A stretch of DNA of 63,855 bases, filler included, from Olpidium bornovanus S191 (lineage: Eukaryota > Fungi > Olpidiomycota): the NCBI GenBank assembly GCA_017911155.1. It is 30 parts of 30 records of this genome, joined end to end, with 100 filler letters (N's around TTAATTAATTAA, not from the genome) between each part and the next. Parts side by side here need not be neighbours in the genome. Positions count along the whole stretch, not along the records: positions 11,148 to 12,453 come from JAEFCI010007447.1; positions 12,554 to 13,666 come from JAEFCI010012323.1; positions 13,767 to 15,658 come from JAEFCI010008740.1; positions 15,759 to 17,932 come from JAEFCI010000192.1; positions 18,033 to 20,307 come from JAEFCI010008065.1; positions 20,408 to 23,518 come from JAEFCI010003102.1; positions 23,619 to 25,154 come from JAEFCI010010440.1; 23 more parts are not named here. One strand, 5' to 3'. Under the pieces are notes generated by a model. The model did no database searches and was not told where the DNA came from. It worked only from the letters and a program-made list of their open reading frames with translations. The position numbers and the translations under genes are program-made. This document shows, in pieces, positions 12,427-23,744 of the stretch (position 1 is its first letter; each line of letters opens with the position of its first letter).

Positions 12427-12927
12427 TCCGATCAGATTTTACACCGGGGACAGNNNNNNNNNNNNNNNNNNNNNNNNNNNNNNNNNNNNNNNNNNNNTTA
12501 ATTAATTAANNNNNNNNNNNNNNNNNNNNNNNNNNNNNNNNNNNNNNNNNNNNACATGCACGACAATCAAAGCGTGCCACTCAACAAGTCCCGTAAGCTT
12601 CTGCTGATGAAGGACGGCATTAGGAGTGTTTGCGGGATTGTGATGGCTGACCTCCTGTCCGACACAGGCAGACAAAGTAGCAGCGGTGGCGGCGGCGTCG
12701 GCAGCGGCGGTAACGGCGGCGGGGCTGTCCTGTTCGGGAACAAACAGGAGAACACGAAGCAGTGGTAAGTCCATTCGCGCGTCGAGGGATGGCGATGGTG
12801 GAATGGCAACGGTAGCGGGGTCGACGTTAACACAGTCGACAGGGGCCGGAGACGATGTGGGCAAATGAACAACGCGGTGTGACAGCGCAGTCGTTGTCGG
12901 TGCAGCGGCAGAGCGAACGACGCAGTT

Positions 12928-13120
12928 GGACGGCGCAGTCGTTGTGGAAGCGGCGGCAGCGCGCGTCGCCTCCATGTGCGGCGACAGCGGCCGGGGTGTT
13001 TCGCCTCGTCGGCGTCGACGACGCGATTGGACGGCGCAGTCGTTGTGGAAGCGGCCGCAGCGTGCGTCGCCTCCATATGTGGCGACACGTTTCGCCTCGT
13101 CGGCGTCGACGACGCGGCGA
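12928..13120. repeat. Two imperfect tandem copies of an about 90-100-nt GC-rich unit (GGACGGCGCAGTCGTTGTGGAAGCGG...TTTCGCCTCGTCGGCGTCGACGACGCG)
   Basis: Read directly. A shorter partial copy precedes them at about 12888. Confidence 0.85.
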
Positions 13121-13766
13121 GGGCATCGTCAGCGGCGGCTCGACGAAAGGGCGTGGTTGACGGCAAAAGGCAAGCGAAGCGAATGAACAACGAAGCGAAG
13201 GGACGAAACGAACGAGCAAAAAAACGAACGAGCGAACGAGCGATCGATCGAACGACCGATCAAACGAAAACGAAAGCACGGTCGAGCAAAAGCAAGCTCA
13301 AAAACAAACGCGACGGCGGGGGCGCGACGGGCGAATGGCGCATCGGCGGGAGCGGGGCCGCAGAACGCGGGGCGACGGGCGGGCACCGGGGCGCGGTGGA
13401 GCGAAGGAGCGAAGGATGGTTCTTCTTCGGATTCCCCACTTTGTAGAGGAACGTCGGGATTTTGGTAATAAAAAGAGAGGATGATATAGAGGATCGCGGG
13501 CGCTTTTCTACAGAAATGCAGAATCCAATGCAAAACTTGAAGCAGAATCTGACGCAGAATGCGACGCAGATCCAGATTCATTGCCTATTCAGCCGAATAA
13601 TCTAACCAGATTCAGATCTGATATATGAATCATATTCAGACGCAAAACACGACGCAGAATCTCATGNNNNNNNNNNNNNNNNNNNNNNNNNNNNNNNNNN
13701 NNNNNNNNNNTTAATTAATTAANNNNNNNNNNNNNNNNNNNNNNNNNNNNNNNNNNNNNNNNNNNN

Positions 13767-15276
13767 CATGTTACCGGCCAAAGACACCTCTTCCCCCGGA
13801 TTGAAAGCTGGCATGCCGAGGAACGGGCACGTGGCACACCGAAAAGCGTCGCCCAGGGAACACTGTAAAAATCGAGGTCGTGGAGGCCGGGGGGGAAAGA
13901 AGACGTCAAATCCGGAACAACGTGTGATTTTTCTAAGCAATGAAAAGCTGTCGGGAGCACAGTGCTTATCGTCGCCGACGACTGGGGGGGGGAAGGTAAC
14001 GTACGTTTCCACACGCGCTTTTAGGCATTGTCGAGGCGGGGATCACGACGTTGACCATATCGTCCTCTGCCAGAGACACGGCTGCGGGAGCCGCCGTCGT
14101 TGTCGCGTTAACCGAGGACGGGGGAAGAACAGCCGCCCGAAGCGTTTCGGCCAACTCCATCTCGGCGCGTCCGCACGAACAGTTCTTGCAGGCCTTTCTC
14201 TTCGTCTCGCAACCGGCCGGCTCTGGATACAGCAATCAGTCACTAAAAACGCTTCCACGATAGTTTCATCAAATCGGGAGAGGGAAGCGGGGGGGGGGGG
14301 GGTTAAAGGGGCGTATGAGAAAGCACTGACTTTGCAGAGCGGCTGCGCTCGGCTTGACCAAGTCATCACCATCGAGAAGCTGGTCCTCGTCCTCCAGCTC
14401 GTCGCCCGAACCGCCGCCGGCCTCGTACTCGTCAACTGCCGCAGACCAAGCGGCCGTCCTGTCCGCGGCGGCGGCGGCGGCGACGGCGGCGCGCGCGGGA
14501 TCTTTCCCGGTGTCAACAGAACTGCCGTCCGGCCTCTTCAATGCCAGGCGAAGGGGAACGGACGCGCCGGCGACATAACCCGGCTTGACGGCGGTGAACG
14601 ACCGCACCTGCAGGCGGCAGGTTCGGGCAGCGGCCAAAGCTCTGTCTGCGGCCGCCTTGTCGCCGGAGCACCCGCGCTCCGCCCACGACTCGAGCGCCCG
14701 GGCGTCGTCCCAGCCCGCGTCCGGAGCCACGGCGTCGCCCTCGGCCACGACGTCGACGAGGCCGGCGACCCGGACCGCCGCTGCGGTCTCGAGCGACGTC
14801 CGGAACCCGAGCGACCGCAGCAGGTCCGCGGCGGCGGCAGCGGCGTCGGCGGTGCGGCCCTCTTGCGGGAGGGAGATGACAGGCTCGCGGAGGTACAGCC
14901 GCCCGCCGGGCGTCAGGGAGTCCGCGAGCCTGTTTAGCACCCGCTGGGAGTGAGGGAAGGCCGGCGGCGGCAGGTACCCGGCGTAGACGTGCGAGTAGGC
15001 CTCCCGAGGGAGGAGCGCGGGTGCAGCTCGAACCCCGCCGTCTTCTCGGAAAGAGCTCGACGGCGGGAGCGGCGTGGACCCGGCATTCGCTGCGGCGGCG
15101 GCGCTCGGCGCAGACGATGCGTCGAGGCGGTCCAGGTGCTCGAGGAACAGCGACCCGCCGTTCCGCTTGACGTCGTCGGCGACCCCGGCCAGGCGCTCCT
15201 CCTGCGAAGACGCCAGCGAGTTGCTGACCAGCAGGGCGCTTTGGCCGAAGCCCGGAAGTTGGGGCAAGCGTGGCAT
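13767..15276 (-). CDS. DRE2: Fe-S cluster assembly protein Dre2/anamorsin (CIAPIN1), truncated just before the stop
   Basis: N-terminal methyltransferase-like domain ([11 protein letters not shown]) and acidic linker. [21 protein letters not shown] follows an intron (14330-14223). KSACGN|[26 protein letters not shown] gives the CX2CX7CX2C motif. Confidence 0.97.
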
Positions 15277-15345
15277 TAAGCCGATCCCGGACGGTAAAGG
15301 CGGGAGCTACAAGTGCCTTTCCTTTCTTTTGCTTTTCTTTACTTT

Positions 15346-15408
<63 letters not shown>

Positions 15409-15444
15409 TGGGTGGGTGCGGGTGGGGGGGGCTGTTGGGGGGGG

Positions 15445-15475
<31 letters not shown>

Positions 15476-15758
15476 GTTTTTTGGCGTTGCGGATTGCCAC
15501 CTGTGCTACTGTTTACTCAGATTTTATTAATCGTTTCTTTTTTTTTTTTTTTTTTTTTTTTTTCAATGGCGTCCAATTCTAGCGCGCACCCCCCGGCCCT
15601 TCCAAAGGGCCACCAATTTCCTGGCAACACACACACACGCCCCTGGCCCGTCGAAGGGNNNNNNNNNNNNNNNNNNNNNNNNNNNNNNNNNNNNNNNNNN
15701 NNTTAATTAATTAANNNNNNNNNNNNNNNNNNNNNNNNNNNNNNNNNNNNNNNNNNNN

Positions 15759-17120
15759 GCATGGCTGCGTCTGACAGCTTTCGAGACGAGGAACTACAGC
15801 GCGCTGAGCTTCCCCCCTGTCTTCCCTCTCTCGTTGCCGCTCCGACAAGTCTTGAATTTCGAAGGAGGAAATCTCGTCCGGCGGTTGTCGGCCGATCGGA
15901 GGTTCCGAGGCGAGCAGCGTCGGCGACGTCGACGAACCTGCCGCTGGCCGTCGTCTGCCATTCGCAACCGCTGGTGTGTTCGCGGCGTGGCGGGATCCAG
16001 TCAGCACAACCACCGCGGGCAGCCTCTTCGACTGCCGGCGCGCAATGTCCCTGGGCGACACTGCTGCCGCCCCGCTCGCTTCTCTGCCGCGTACGCTTGA
16101 GGAGCCTTGCGCGTCCATGGTGTCCGCTGCTGGGCCGGGCGTCCGCGTCTTTTTCCTGGAAGTAGGCAATACCCGGCCCTCGCATATCTGGGAGATAATA
16201 GTGTAGAAATGGTGTTCCAAGTGCTTCACCATCGCCTTCAGCGCCGAGTCCGTCACGGAAGCGTGCCTCTGGACCTCCTCACGGTTTATCCTGGGCACCT
16301 GGGTACGTGAAATGGACAGGTAAGCCGGGACCCGTTCAGACACTGCAGGGAGGATTTTTTTTCTTCCTTTTCACGGTTGAAACTCCGCCAACAGTTGAAT
16401 TGAAAACAGCCGCCCTGACCTTCAGTTCTTTGCAAACCAGGATAAACAGGGCAGCGTACAGCGTGGGGTAATTGCCAGGAAAGTCCGGCTCCACGCAACC
16501 CAAATACGCCTTCAGCACCTCCTCTGCTAGAGCCTCTGCGTGGGTACACCCGAATGTGACCGACAGCGAATGGAGGTCTACTTTGGTGGGCCGGCCCAGC
16601 ACCACGCGCGCCTCCGCCAAACACTCGTAATACACCTTCTCGGTCACGGCCGAGCGCATGATCGCGCCCTGCTGGTTGAACTTGACGCCTAGCCTTTTTT
16701 ATTTTTTTTTCGGGGGGGGAGGTGGGTCGCCGACGCCGTTTCCGCGGGCGAAATGTCAGTATGGTAAGGTCGTGCGCACGCAGCCGCGGCCAAACTCTGC
16801 GCCTCCTCCGCGCGCGCCTCGCGCGGGGCCTCCGGGCGCGCGTTATCTCGGGCAGGTCCTTTCCCGCGCCGCCCCGCAGTTCTCCTCCCCTCTCGCTCCG
16901 GCCCTCTCCTTCATCCTCCCTCCTCTTTCCCTCACCTTTCGCAGGCGAGTTGCAGGCACACGGCCTCGTGGGCCGTCCGGTGCTTGGCCAACGCCTTCGG
17001 CAAGGACTTGCTGCCGAGCGCGGAAAGCAGCACTTCCGCCGTCGTCTCCAACCTTTCGGCCGAGTCCTCGACCTCTAAGCCCACGGTGGCGATCAGGGCG
17101 CGCACCGCCTGGCGCGACAT
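15759..17120 (-). CDS. ORC6: Origin recognition complex subunit 6, 3'-partial (exons 17120-16936, 16693-16420, 16298-contig end)
   Basis: HEAVCLQLACER|LGVKFNQQGAIMRSAVTEKVYYECLAEARVVLG..VDLHSLSVTFGC..AEEVLKAY..YAALFILVCKELK|VPRINREE aligns by eye with the TFIIB-like repeats of metazoan and fungal Orc6. Confidence 0.8.
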
Positions 17121-17449
17121 ATCTCCGGTTCTCTATTGATGGCGTGCGGAGAGCAAACCTGGGGTACTTTCTTACGCCCCGCGGGTTACAAAAAAAAAAA
17201 GAGAAAAAAAGAAAAAAAAGACGGAAAAGTGATGGGGGAGGAGGAGGGGAATTACGCGAACGCATAAAACCCGTTACTCGTCAAAATTCACAACCCTCAT
17301 ATTCAGTGGGCTTGCATTGGCTGGTTCTAGGATATTTTATTTGGTCTCTACAACACAGGTTTCATGCGGCTTCGACATCATCGTTTCCCGCCATCACCAT
17401 CGCACGAAGTACCCCGTTGCCCAGGTTGAGGAAGTTGCAATGACCATCA

Positions 17450-17545
17450 ATACGCCCATTCTCCATGCAAACCACACCTTGTCGCACTGTCATTTGAAGA
17501 TTGTTATAGAACCTCTTTATGTCCCGATTGGTCGCACCATATACA
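17450..17545 (-). pseudogene. Decayed retrotransposon Gag zinc knuckle
   Basis: CIWCDQSGHK, then after a frameshift RFYNNLQMTVRQGVVCMENGRI. This fits CX2CX4HX4C with the last Cys apparently mutated to Tyr. Confidence 0.5.
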
Positions 17546-19950
17546 TACAGGTGGTCGAGGTGTTGTATTTGTCGGGCCCGCTACACCCGCTCCAAAGGCC
17601 CCAGTTGGACTGCGAAAAAAAGAATGTCGGCCTTGTATAACGTCGATCGGCTCGCGACGAACAGTTTGATTGCTCAGTTGCATCGTCCCAAGCTGTGCCG
17701 CTGGCGGCGGACCGCGTCATGTCGGTGAGTATACCATTTATTCATCACTGCCTTTTTCCGTTTTTCTGCTTGACTCTTTGACCAGTTTGTCTGGAAAGCA
17801 AATTTGATTTCCATGGACGTGTCTTCGTGTTACGGACTGCACTGCGGTCTTGCTTTTCGTTTAAATTCCATCGCCACGGCAGAGGGCAATCCAAGTAACT
17901 TTCTTCCACTTTGCTTAAAAGGACTTCACGTANNNNNNNNNNNNNNNNNNNNNNNNNNNNNNNNNNNNNNNNNNNNTTAATTAATTAANNNNNNNNNNNN
18001 NNNNNNNNNNNNNNNNNNNNNNNNNNNNNNNNTAATTGGTGGAGCAGAGACCTTCCGCACCTTCATTCCACATTTTGGACTTTGGCCGAACCCCTGTATG
18101 TCCTGTTATAAAAGGAGATAGCTTAGCTGCGGACCGATTGCGACCGAGCCATGAAACAAATCAAACAAAGCTTGTTATCAGCGCCGGTTCTTCGGCCGCG
18201 GAAGTCGTCCGGTCGTCCAGTCGCTCGGTCGGTCGGGCTTGGCCGTGAGAAAGAATGATAGTGAGGGTGAGAGGAAGGAACTAAAACGCCACGTGACGAA
18301 GGCCCTTACAGAGGTAACCATCTACCTTACCGTTGATACAAGCCCAATGGCAGTGGGATAGGTACTAGCACAAGAACGCGTTCACCCGCATCTCTTCTTT
18401 TTTCCCAGCCCAAATTCCCGTTTTCTTGAATACTTAGGAGGACTTAGCCCTCTGGTTGACGGGGTCCCCCCCCCGCGATAGTACTTCGCGTGTTTCTGCC
18501 ATTACGCTTTCCTCATCTCGCAGTGCATTGCGGCAGGCTTCGAACGACTGCTTGTCGCGTATACCGTATTTTTGTGGTGCCCCCCCCTCTTCCTGTTCCA
18601 CAATAACGCCGCCATGTCAAACCTATCTCTTCCGCTGACAATCTCGGCGATGGCTGCGCCTTGTCTCTCCCGCACCAGCCTTCGATAATTTTCGCAGTCA
18701 TTCTAATCTCCGCCAGCTTCCAGATGCTACACAAGCGTAGTCACATCCCAGCCGGCTGGCCATTCTTCGCTCTTCTCCTCACACGACGAGGCTGCGGAGT
18801 AAATGCATGAAATGTTTTTTATTTGATACATCCTAAGTAATACCATAATATAATATATAAATGTAACAATATACATATCTTCGCCCAACAGAGGTTTATT
18901 TTAGTATTTTCCCAATTTATGCACTGTCAAAGATCGTGGCAGCGAGTCGAGGCTGAGCCCGCATCTCGTTTTTTGTTTATTCCTCCCCCACCTTTTCGGT
19001 TAGGTCGCTGCCTCTCTCACACGGGATTTCCCCTTTTACGTCTTATCTCTCTTTATCCTCTCGCGGCGATGAGATGGCCAACCTTTCCTTTTACTTTTTC
19101 GCGTACACGTTTTGAGGGGGGGCAGGGAAGGGAAAGGGGGGGGCAGTGTCGAGTTACTGCGGTGCTCGGCGCGCACTGGCAAACCAGAAACTTTCCGTCC
19201 TACAAAATAAAACAAAGGTTCTTCGCGACCAAAACGGGTGACCATAATGCATTCCCCTCCCTCCCCATCCCCTCAGCCCCTTTCCAAGGAAAAAAAAAAT
19301 AAAAAAATAAAAAAACTTGCCGCGCGCGTGTAAAAAAACTGTCCCCCACAAAATAAAACCGAACAATTTTTCGGTGACGTCCCTCTCCATTAAACGTCTT
19401 TTACGGTGGAAGGCCGGGTAGCTCGCTAGGCGACGTGCTGCAAAAGGTAACGGGACAAAAACAAAAAAAAAAAAAAAAAAAAAAATCAAAAAAAGACAAA
19501 AAAAAAAAATCCTAAAACAAAAAAAAAAAATCAAAAATCAAAAAGATAGGCACAGGGGTAAAAGGGAGAGGCCAAAAAACAGGTTGGGGCCTAAAGTTCA
19601 CATGATTTCATGATTTCCTGGTCCATCCAGTGGAAAGGGTGGGGGAGGGGGGGTGGGGGAGGAAGAGGTTTTCGCCGGGCGGGTGCTTATTATATATATA
19701 AGAAGGGAGTTGAGCAAGTGTGAGCATAGGAATATTTACCGACTCACTCATTCGCTCCAATTTTTTCACTTTCGGTTCCCGGGAGAGAAGGGGGGGAGGA
19801 AGGGGGGAAGGAGAAGGAGGATGGGCGGGGTGGGGGGGAAGGGGCGGTGTGGGTGGTGGTGGTCGATTTTTTTGTCTTTTCTCTTGTTTATTTGTTTTTT
19901 ATTTTTCTGTATACGCAAAATATGTGCCGTACGCTGTTTAAGGAAGCACT

Positions 19951-20304
19951 TCACGCAAAGGCGGCACGAACGACGGAGCTCTCGACTTCGTCGGGGCGGA
20001 GGCCCGCGGCCTCCATGAGCCGCTTGAAAAATTTTGGCGCCTTCGGCGCGTCGCAGACGGTGTCCTCGAGGAGCGGTACGCTCTCGACGAAGGCGTCCCG
20101 GACCTGCTTGCGGGTGACGACCGCATCGCAGAGGAGTGCGGACAGGACGGACACGACCGCCTCGACGTCCGCCTCCTTCTTCTCCAGGACCTGCTCCACA
20201 AAGCACCGAACGACGCCGACGTGCGCGTCGGGATTCGCGATGTCCTCCTTGATGATTTCCACTGCGACTTTGACATCGTGCACGCCCCAGAACTCCTTCA
20301 TCAT
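19951..20304 (-). CDS. MA3 (MI) domain, C-terminal end of a probable eIF4G
   Basis: MKEFWGVHDVKVAVEII..PDAHVGVVRCFVEQVLEKK..VSVLSALL..AFVESVPLLEDTVCDAPKAPKFF follows the MA3 pattern (EY/F...D..EA, LE+, L+D...D.P.A). Confidence 0.7.
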   Translation of the reverse strand: MMKEFWGVHDVKVAVEIIKEDIANPDAHVGVVRCFVEQVLEKKEADVEAVVSVLSALLCDAVVTRKQVRDAFVESVPLLEDTVCDAPKAPKFFKRLMEAAGLRPDEVESSVVRAAFA

Positions 20305-20528
20305 GGANNNNNNNNNNNNNNNNNNNNNNNNNNNNNNNNNNNNNNNNNNNNTTAATTAATTAANNNNNNNNNNNNNNNNNNNNNNNNNNNNNNNNNNNNN
20401 NNNNNNNATGTTCGCAACAGGTGGGTTTTGCTATGGTCCTCCCGGACGATTCGCGCGGCATTGCAGTCTTCTCAGCCGCTTCCCCTATGCAATCTTGCGC
20501 CTGACCTTTTTGCTCCCGGGGCGTCAAC

Positions 20529-20572
<44 letters not shown>

Positions 20573-20625
20573 CCCCCCTCCTTCCCCCCCCCCCCCCCCG
20601 CCCCGTTTCTCTCTTGCTCTCTTCT

Positions 20626-22775
20626 CCACTTTCCCCGCCGCCCGCTCATTCCCACCTCCCCCCTCGCCTTTTTCCTTCCTTCACGACGAATTCCGCACTT
20701 CTCCCACGCACCACTTCTCCCCACTTTCCCCGCCGCCCGCTCATTCCCACCTCCCCCCTCCGCCCGCCCGCAAACGTGCGCGCGCGCCATTTTGATGGTA
20801 TCGGGATAGGTTCAGTTAGGAGTCAAACTGTGCCCGCATCCGAAACTTTCTTCTCCTTTTTATTTTATTTTTTTTTTTTTCAGAAAAAAAAAACCCCCCA
20901 CAAACGCACGCGGGCGCGCGCCATTTTAATGGTATCCGGGATTGGTTCATTTAGTAATTGAACTGTATCCGGATCAGAAATTATTTTTTTTAAAAAAAAA
21001 AAAAAAAAGAAAAAAAAGAAAGGAGAGAGGAAATTTTACATCTCGCGCGCTCGCGTCGTGATGTGGAAAGGCTCGTCCTGGGGATGGCATTTTACCTCTC
21101 GCGCGCTCGCGTCGTGATGTGGAAAGGCCCGTCCTGGGGATGGCGTGGTCAAAACAAAACAGAAATAAGAGAAAAAAAAAAAAAAGAAAGCGCACCAGGC
21201 AACCTCTGACACCCGAGATCTTCATTGCGAACCCTCGGTCTGCCGATCCCGAGATGAGCTTGAGAGAGTGGATCTGTGAGTGTTGAAGCCGCGGAGAGTC
21301 CGATCAGGAGCCTATGCACCCTCCCCACCTAATGTCTAAAACATGGATGAAACGGGCGAGTAGGACTTTCATAAGCGCCGGGGAGGAAATGTAGGGGGGG
21401 GGGTGGGCCCGGGTGTGTTGGTTTCGGGGTTCCGGTGACGGCAACGTTACGAGCGTGGGACGGAAGCACCCAAGTTGCAAGAGCCTCCTCCCAACTCCGG
21501 GATGTCAGCGGCTGCCTGCTGCCATTTTGCTTCGAAGTCGGACCGGGGCCGTTCGCAGCCAGCTCCGAATCGCCTTTTCCATAATATTGTTGACGGAATC
21601 CCCTTATACTGGAACAACCCAGATGGCCCAGAGCTGACCAAGCTCATCTTGGGATCGGCAGACCGTTTGCTTCGAAGTCGGACCGGGGCCGTTCGCAGCC
21701 AGCTCCGAATCGCCTTTTCCATAATATTGTTGACGGAATCCCCTTATGCTGGAACAGCCCAGGTGGCCCAGAGCTGACCAAGCTCATCTTGGGATCGGCA
21801 GACCGAGGGTGGGAGGGAAAGCTGTGTCATGATATTTTATCCCCATAAACTGACGTTTTTTTTTTCTTGGATAATTTTTATCCTTTTGTTCCAGGTAATT
21901 CTAATTAGCTATCCAAGTTCTATCCGAAAGAGGGACTGTATTATCCTCGTGGCTCGCGCCGGCGCGCTGCGCGGGGCATTCGGTGCACAGTGCACGAATC
22001 AACCGGACATTTCGGAGGTGCGACTCCCACACCCTGACCGGCATGGGAAGACGAAACCGGTTTCAACATCGTCCGAGAACTTCCTTTCTCCTGGCGGCGA
22101 AGAAAAACAAGAAAGCAAGGCAGCGTTTTAGAGGGAGCTCATGGGCCCGAATTTCCGCTGTTAGCGGGCCAACTTATCTGCCATCGCCACAATGTAGGGC
22201 CCATCTAAACATCCAGTTCAGAAAAAAAGCCCCTGCGTGAATGGAGCAAAGCCGGCTACTTCCAGCAGGAGCGTAGGGCCCATCTAAACGATCCAGTTCG
22301 GAAAAAAAGCCCCTGCGTTCCCACAACGCTCGCGTCTGCAGAATGGAGCAAAGCCGGCTACTTCCAGCAGGAGCGGGATGAAAATAGAGCGACCTGACCA
22401 GCCATTCTTTATTTCACTGTAAAAAAAGCAACCCCCCGTCTCGCTGACTCGATCGCCTTCTCAAGCAGCTCCTCATCCTCCTGCGTCCATTGCTTAGGTG
22501 CCGGGGGTGACTGCGGTGTTGTCCGCTTCGCGTCTGCCACTATGCCGCCGCCACTGCATTCGTCCATCGCTTCCGCCTCTGAAATATTCGCTGCCGTCAG
22601 CTTCGGGACATGGCCCGAGGAGCTCAAGTTCCATGCAAGTTTCGAGAGACGCTTCCGCTGAGCTAACCTTTATATTGTGAAATATTCGCTGCCGTCAGCT
22701 TCGGGACATGGCCCGAGGAGCTCAAGTTCCATGCAAGTTTCGAGAGACGCTTCCGCTGAGCTAACCTTTATATTG
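20626..22775. repeat. Six unrelated two-copy direct repeats
   Basis: Pairs: 20626-20668/20721-20764; 20771-20819/20901-20955; 21033-21088/21089-21144; 21526-21665/21666-21805; 22195-22273/22274-22375; 22580-22677/22678-22775. Confidence 0.93.
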
Positions 22776-23695
22776 GGGAGGAGGTAACAAATATCACGGA
22801 CAGATATTAGGAAAATTAGATAATTAACAGGTAGTCCCGAACACAAACCGCCTGACTAAAAACGGCAAACGACTTACCGCCTCGCACATCTCGGATCTTC
22901 CCCAAAGCCCCCGACGATAAATGCGGTGCAGGGGGGCATCGCGGCCCACAACTTCGCGAGCCTCGTGTTCGTCTGCTGGTAAACTTCAGCGATACGTTCT
23001 ATCGTCGGCTGTTCCGGGATGTCGTTCTCGCTACAGGCCGCAGCGTCATCTGCATCCGCGAAATCAGCAGCCGAGGCGGCAGAGCTCGTCAGTGAAACGT
23101 GACACAGATAACGACCCGGGCATCCGGTAGATTGGAAGTGACTTGCCTTCGTACAATCGTTCTACTTCCTTGAATTGCGCGAACACCAAACTTGGGCTCC
23201 GCTCTTCGCCGGTCTCGAAAGTATCTAAAAGCTTCGCAAGTACCTGATGAGGAGAGGAAAGTAAGAGATGTGTTGCCGGGTACCAAAAACCAACCACGGC
23301 CAACGACCGACAAACGACTCCAACAGTACCTCATCGTCGTCCCGGCAAGCCGCGGTGATATCTGGTCGATCGAGATCGTCAATTCCGCTAAGCGTTTCGG
23401 CTGTGTCAAAAACAGCGGAAATCTTCGGTGGCTTTAGAGTTTTTAGCCGGACGAACACAGGTTCGACGTCTCGCGCTTGCCTCCCGAAGTTAGGACCTGG
23501 TCGTAAAATACGTCATGANNNNNNNNNNNNNNNNNNNNNNNNNNNNNNNNNNNNNNNNNNNNTTAATTAATTAANNNNNNNNNNNNNNNNNNNNNNNNNN
23601 NNNNNNNNNNNNNNNNNNGCGGCCGTCGGGCAGAGGGGGAACGGGGACGGAGGTGGGGGCAAACTCCGGCCGGCGGTTCAGAGGGGCGAGAGGGG

Positions 23696-23734
<39 letters not shown>

Positions 23735-23744
23735 GATTGTTTGC

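Noticed and set aside
16932-17300. CGCG (MCB/SCB-like) motifs near ORC6 and MUS81 as SBF/MBF targets
   Set aside because: CGCG is everywhere in this GC-rich sequence, so no enrichment can be claimed by eye.
22800-23518. Possible gene fragments on the minus strand at the end of the repeat-rich contig
   Set aside because: Short interrupted frames with no recognisable motif; cannot be supported as a CDS.
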